Shown here: in pieces, positions 62,771-64,000 of the stretch
Layout: the number at the start of each line of letters is the position of its first letter
How positions within the stretch are numbered: position 1 is the first letter of the stretch
From: Squalus acanthias
Taxonomy: Eukaryota
Reading direction: 5' to 3'
Length of the DNA: 64,000 bases
Assembly: GCA_030390025.1 (NCBI GenBank)
Contig: CM059433.1
Location: 30,196,001 to 30,260,000, forward strand
Translations under genes and position numbers: made by a program
Notes under the pieces: generated by a model
Told to the model about the DNA's origin: nothing
Database searches by the model: none
The model's input: the letters and a program-made list of their open reading frames with translations, nothing else

Positions 62771-63294
62771 TTAATAAGGATTTATATGCAAGGTTTTCAT
62801 GTAATTATTTAATACAGAAAATACAGTGGGACCATTGTATCAGCAAGGTAGGGGAGATGTTAAAAATATTTGGAACATTGGGACTTTGGATGTGAAGGAA
62901 TACTCAGGTACTTGTGATTTGCTTTAACATTTGTGTAGAACAAGCAAATATGTCCAAACGTTCTGTGAAATGATGGCATGATTAAATAAGGCCACCTGCT
63001 TCCTGGCAACACTAACATGTCACCCCTGGATGAGTCACAGTTCCTTGCTGACATCTATAGCCACAGACAGAACAGTACTCATTTATTGTATTTGATGCTA
63101 TCCCTGTAAAAGCCGACTCAATCTATCAGCGTAATTTTTCACAGCGAAGGCAAATTGACTCACCTGTAAGCTTTACAATAAATAATGGACGCAACTAGAC
63201 ATGGGTCTGAACTATTACCACAGACAGCACGTGTCCCCATTGGAGAAAGGACAGTACTTCAAACATCATCAAATTTAAAAATAAAATCTGAGTA

Positions 63295-63656
63295 CAGGAA
63301 ACTCTTTATTAACCGGCACCCAAATATCCGGAAATCTCTCTTAACCGGCAAAATTCTTGAGTAGGTAACTGGGGTTTTCCTTCATCTCTCGTTTAAAATT
63401 AACTTTAAAAAAACCCCCGAAACGTTTGCCTTGTATCGGAGCGTGTAGATTGGGAGGGGAATGTGCAGCCCGGGTAGGCAGCGGACACGACAGATGGTCA
63501 GCTGGCGGTCCCCGGGGAGACGGAGCTCCGAATGCAGGCGCATGTCAATGTGTACGGGGCTCTCGTACGTTGGGAGATATAACTCTGTTATCCGGACTTT
63601 TTGATTAACCGGCACCACGCTGGTCCCGTCGGTGCCGGTTAATAAAGAGTTTCCTG
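63295..63656. mobile_element. Tc1/mariner (pogo/Tigger-like) MITE, subtype A
   Basis: TA TSD; perfect TIR CAGGAAACTCTTTATTAACCGGCACC; matches 14957-15320. Confidence 0.9.
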
Positions 63657-64000
63657 TATCTTCTCTTAAAATAGCACAGGGATTCTGTGTTTCAAAATAA
63701 ATATTTTAATTACTAAATATGCAAGTTTATCAATCCATTTTCACTTGTAGCCTATTAGTCTGTACCACAAATACAATGATAGCTTACATTAGCGACAGAA
63801 CTCAAACACTTAAAGCAAAGCTAATTTTAATCAAAAGGTTAACAGCTTAATGCAGGGCTTTCTCTTTAGCTGAAATTAACTTATTTGTTTTGAAATGATT
63901 ACTGTAGAAGACCAATGAAAAAGATGAATTCAGCTACGATGTTAATTCAAAGTTGTTTTCTGCACTAAAAAAATGTTGAATTAGCCAGTAATTGAATGAA

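Overview
Vertebrate genomic DNA, most likely from a cartilaginous fish judging by its SINE and LINE families. The window holds the 3' ten coding exons of PHF3 on the + strand (3972-50200: TFIIS central domain, SPOC domain, long acidic/Pro/RD-rich terminal exon). All ten exons join in frame with GT-AG introns, and a 3' UTR follows. The rest is a dense transposon landscape. It includes many CR1 LINE fragments (one near full length with an SGNH-esterase ORF1), a second CR1-group LINE family, L2 and tRNA/Deu-type SINEs. It also includes a decayed two-gene PIF/Harbinger element (DDE transposase plus convergent Myb/SANT gene), a second Myb relic, several Harbinger-type MITEs with 3-bp TSDs, and five TA-flanked Tc1/pogo-type MITEs. 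Three observations stand out: a 221-bp palindromic insertion with a 15-bp TSD centred on a degenerate Penelope-type hammerhead ribozyme core, a ~1.1-kb 16-bp minisatellite that grew inside a SINE, and twin MITEs bracketing a SPOC exon. I found no intact novel protein-coding system. Family assignments come from recalled motifs, not database searches, and repeat boundaries are approximate unless a TSD is given.
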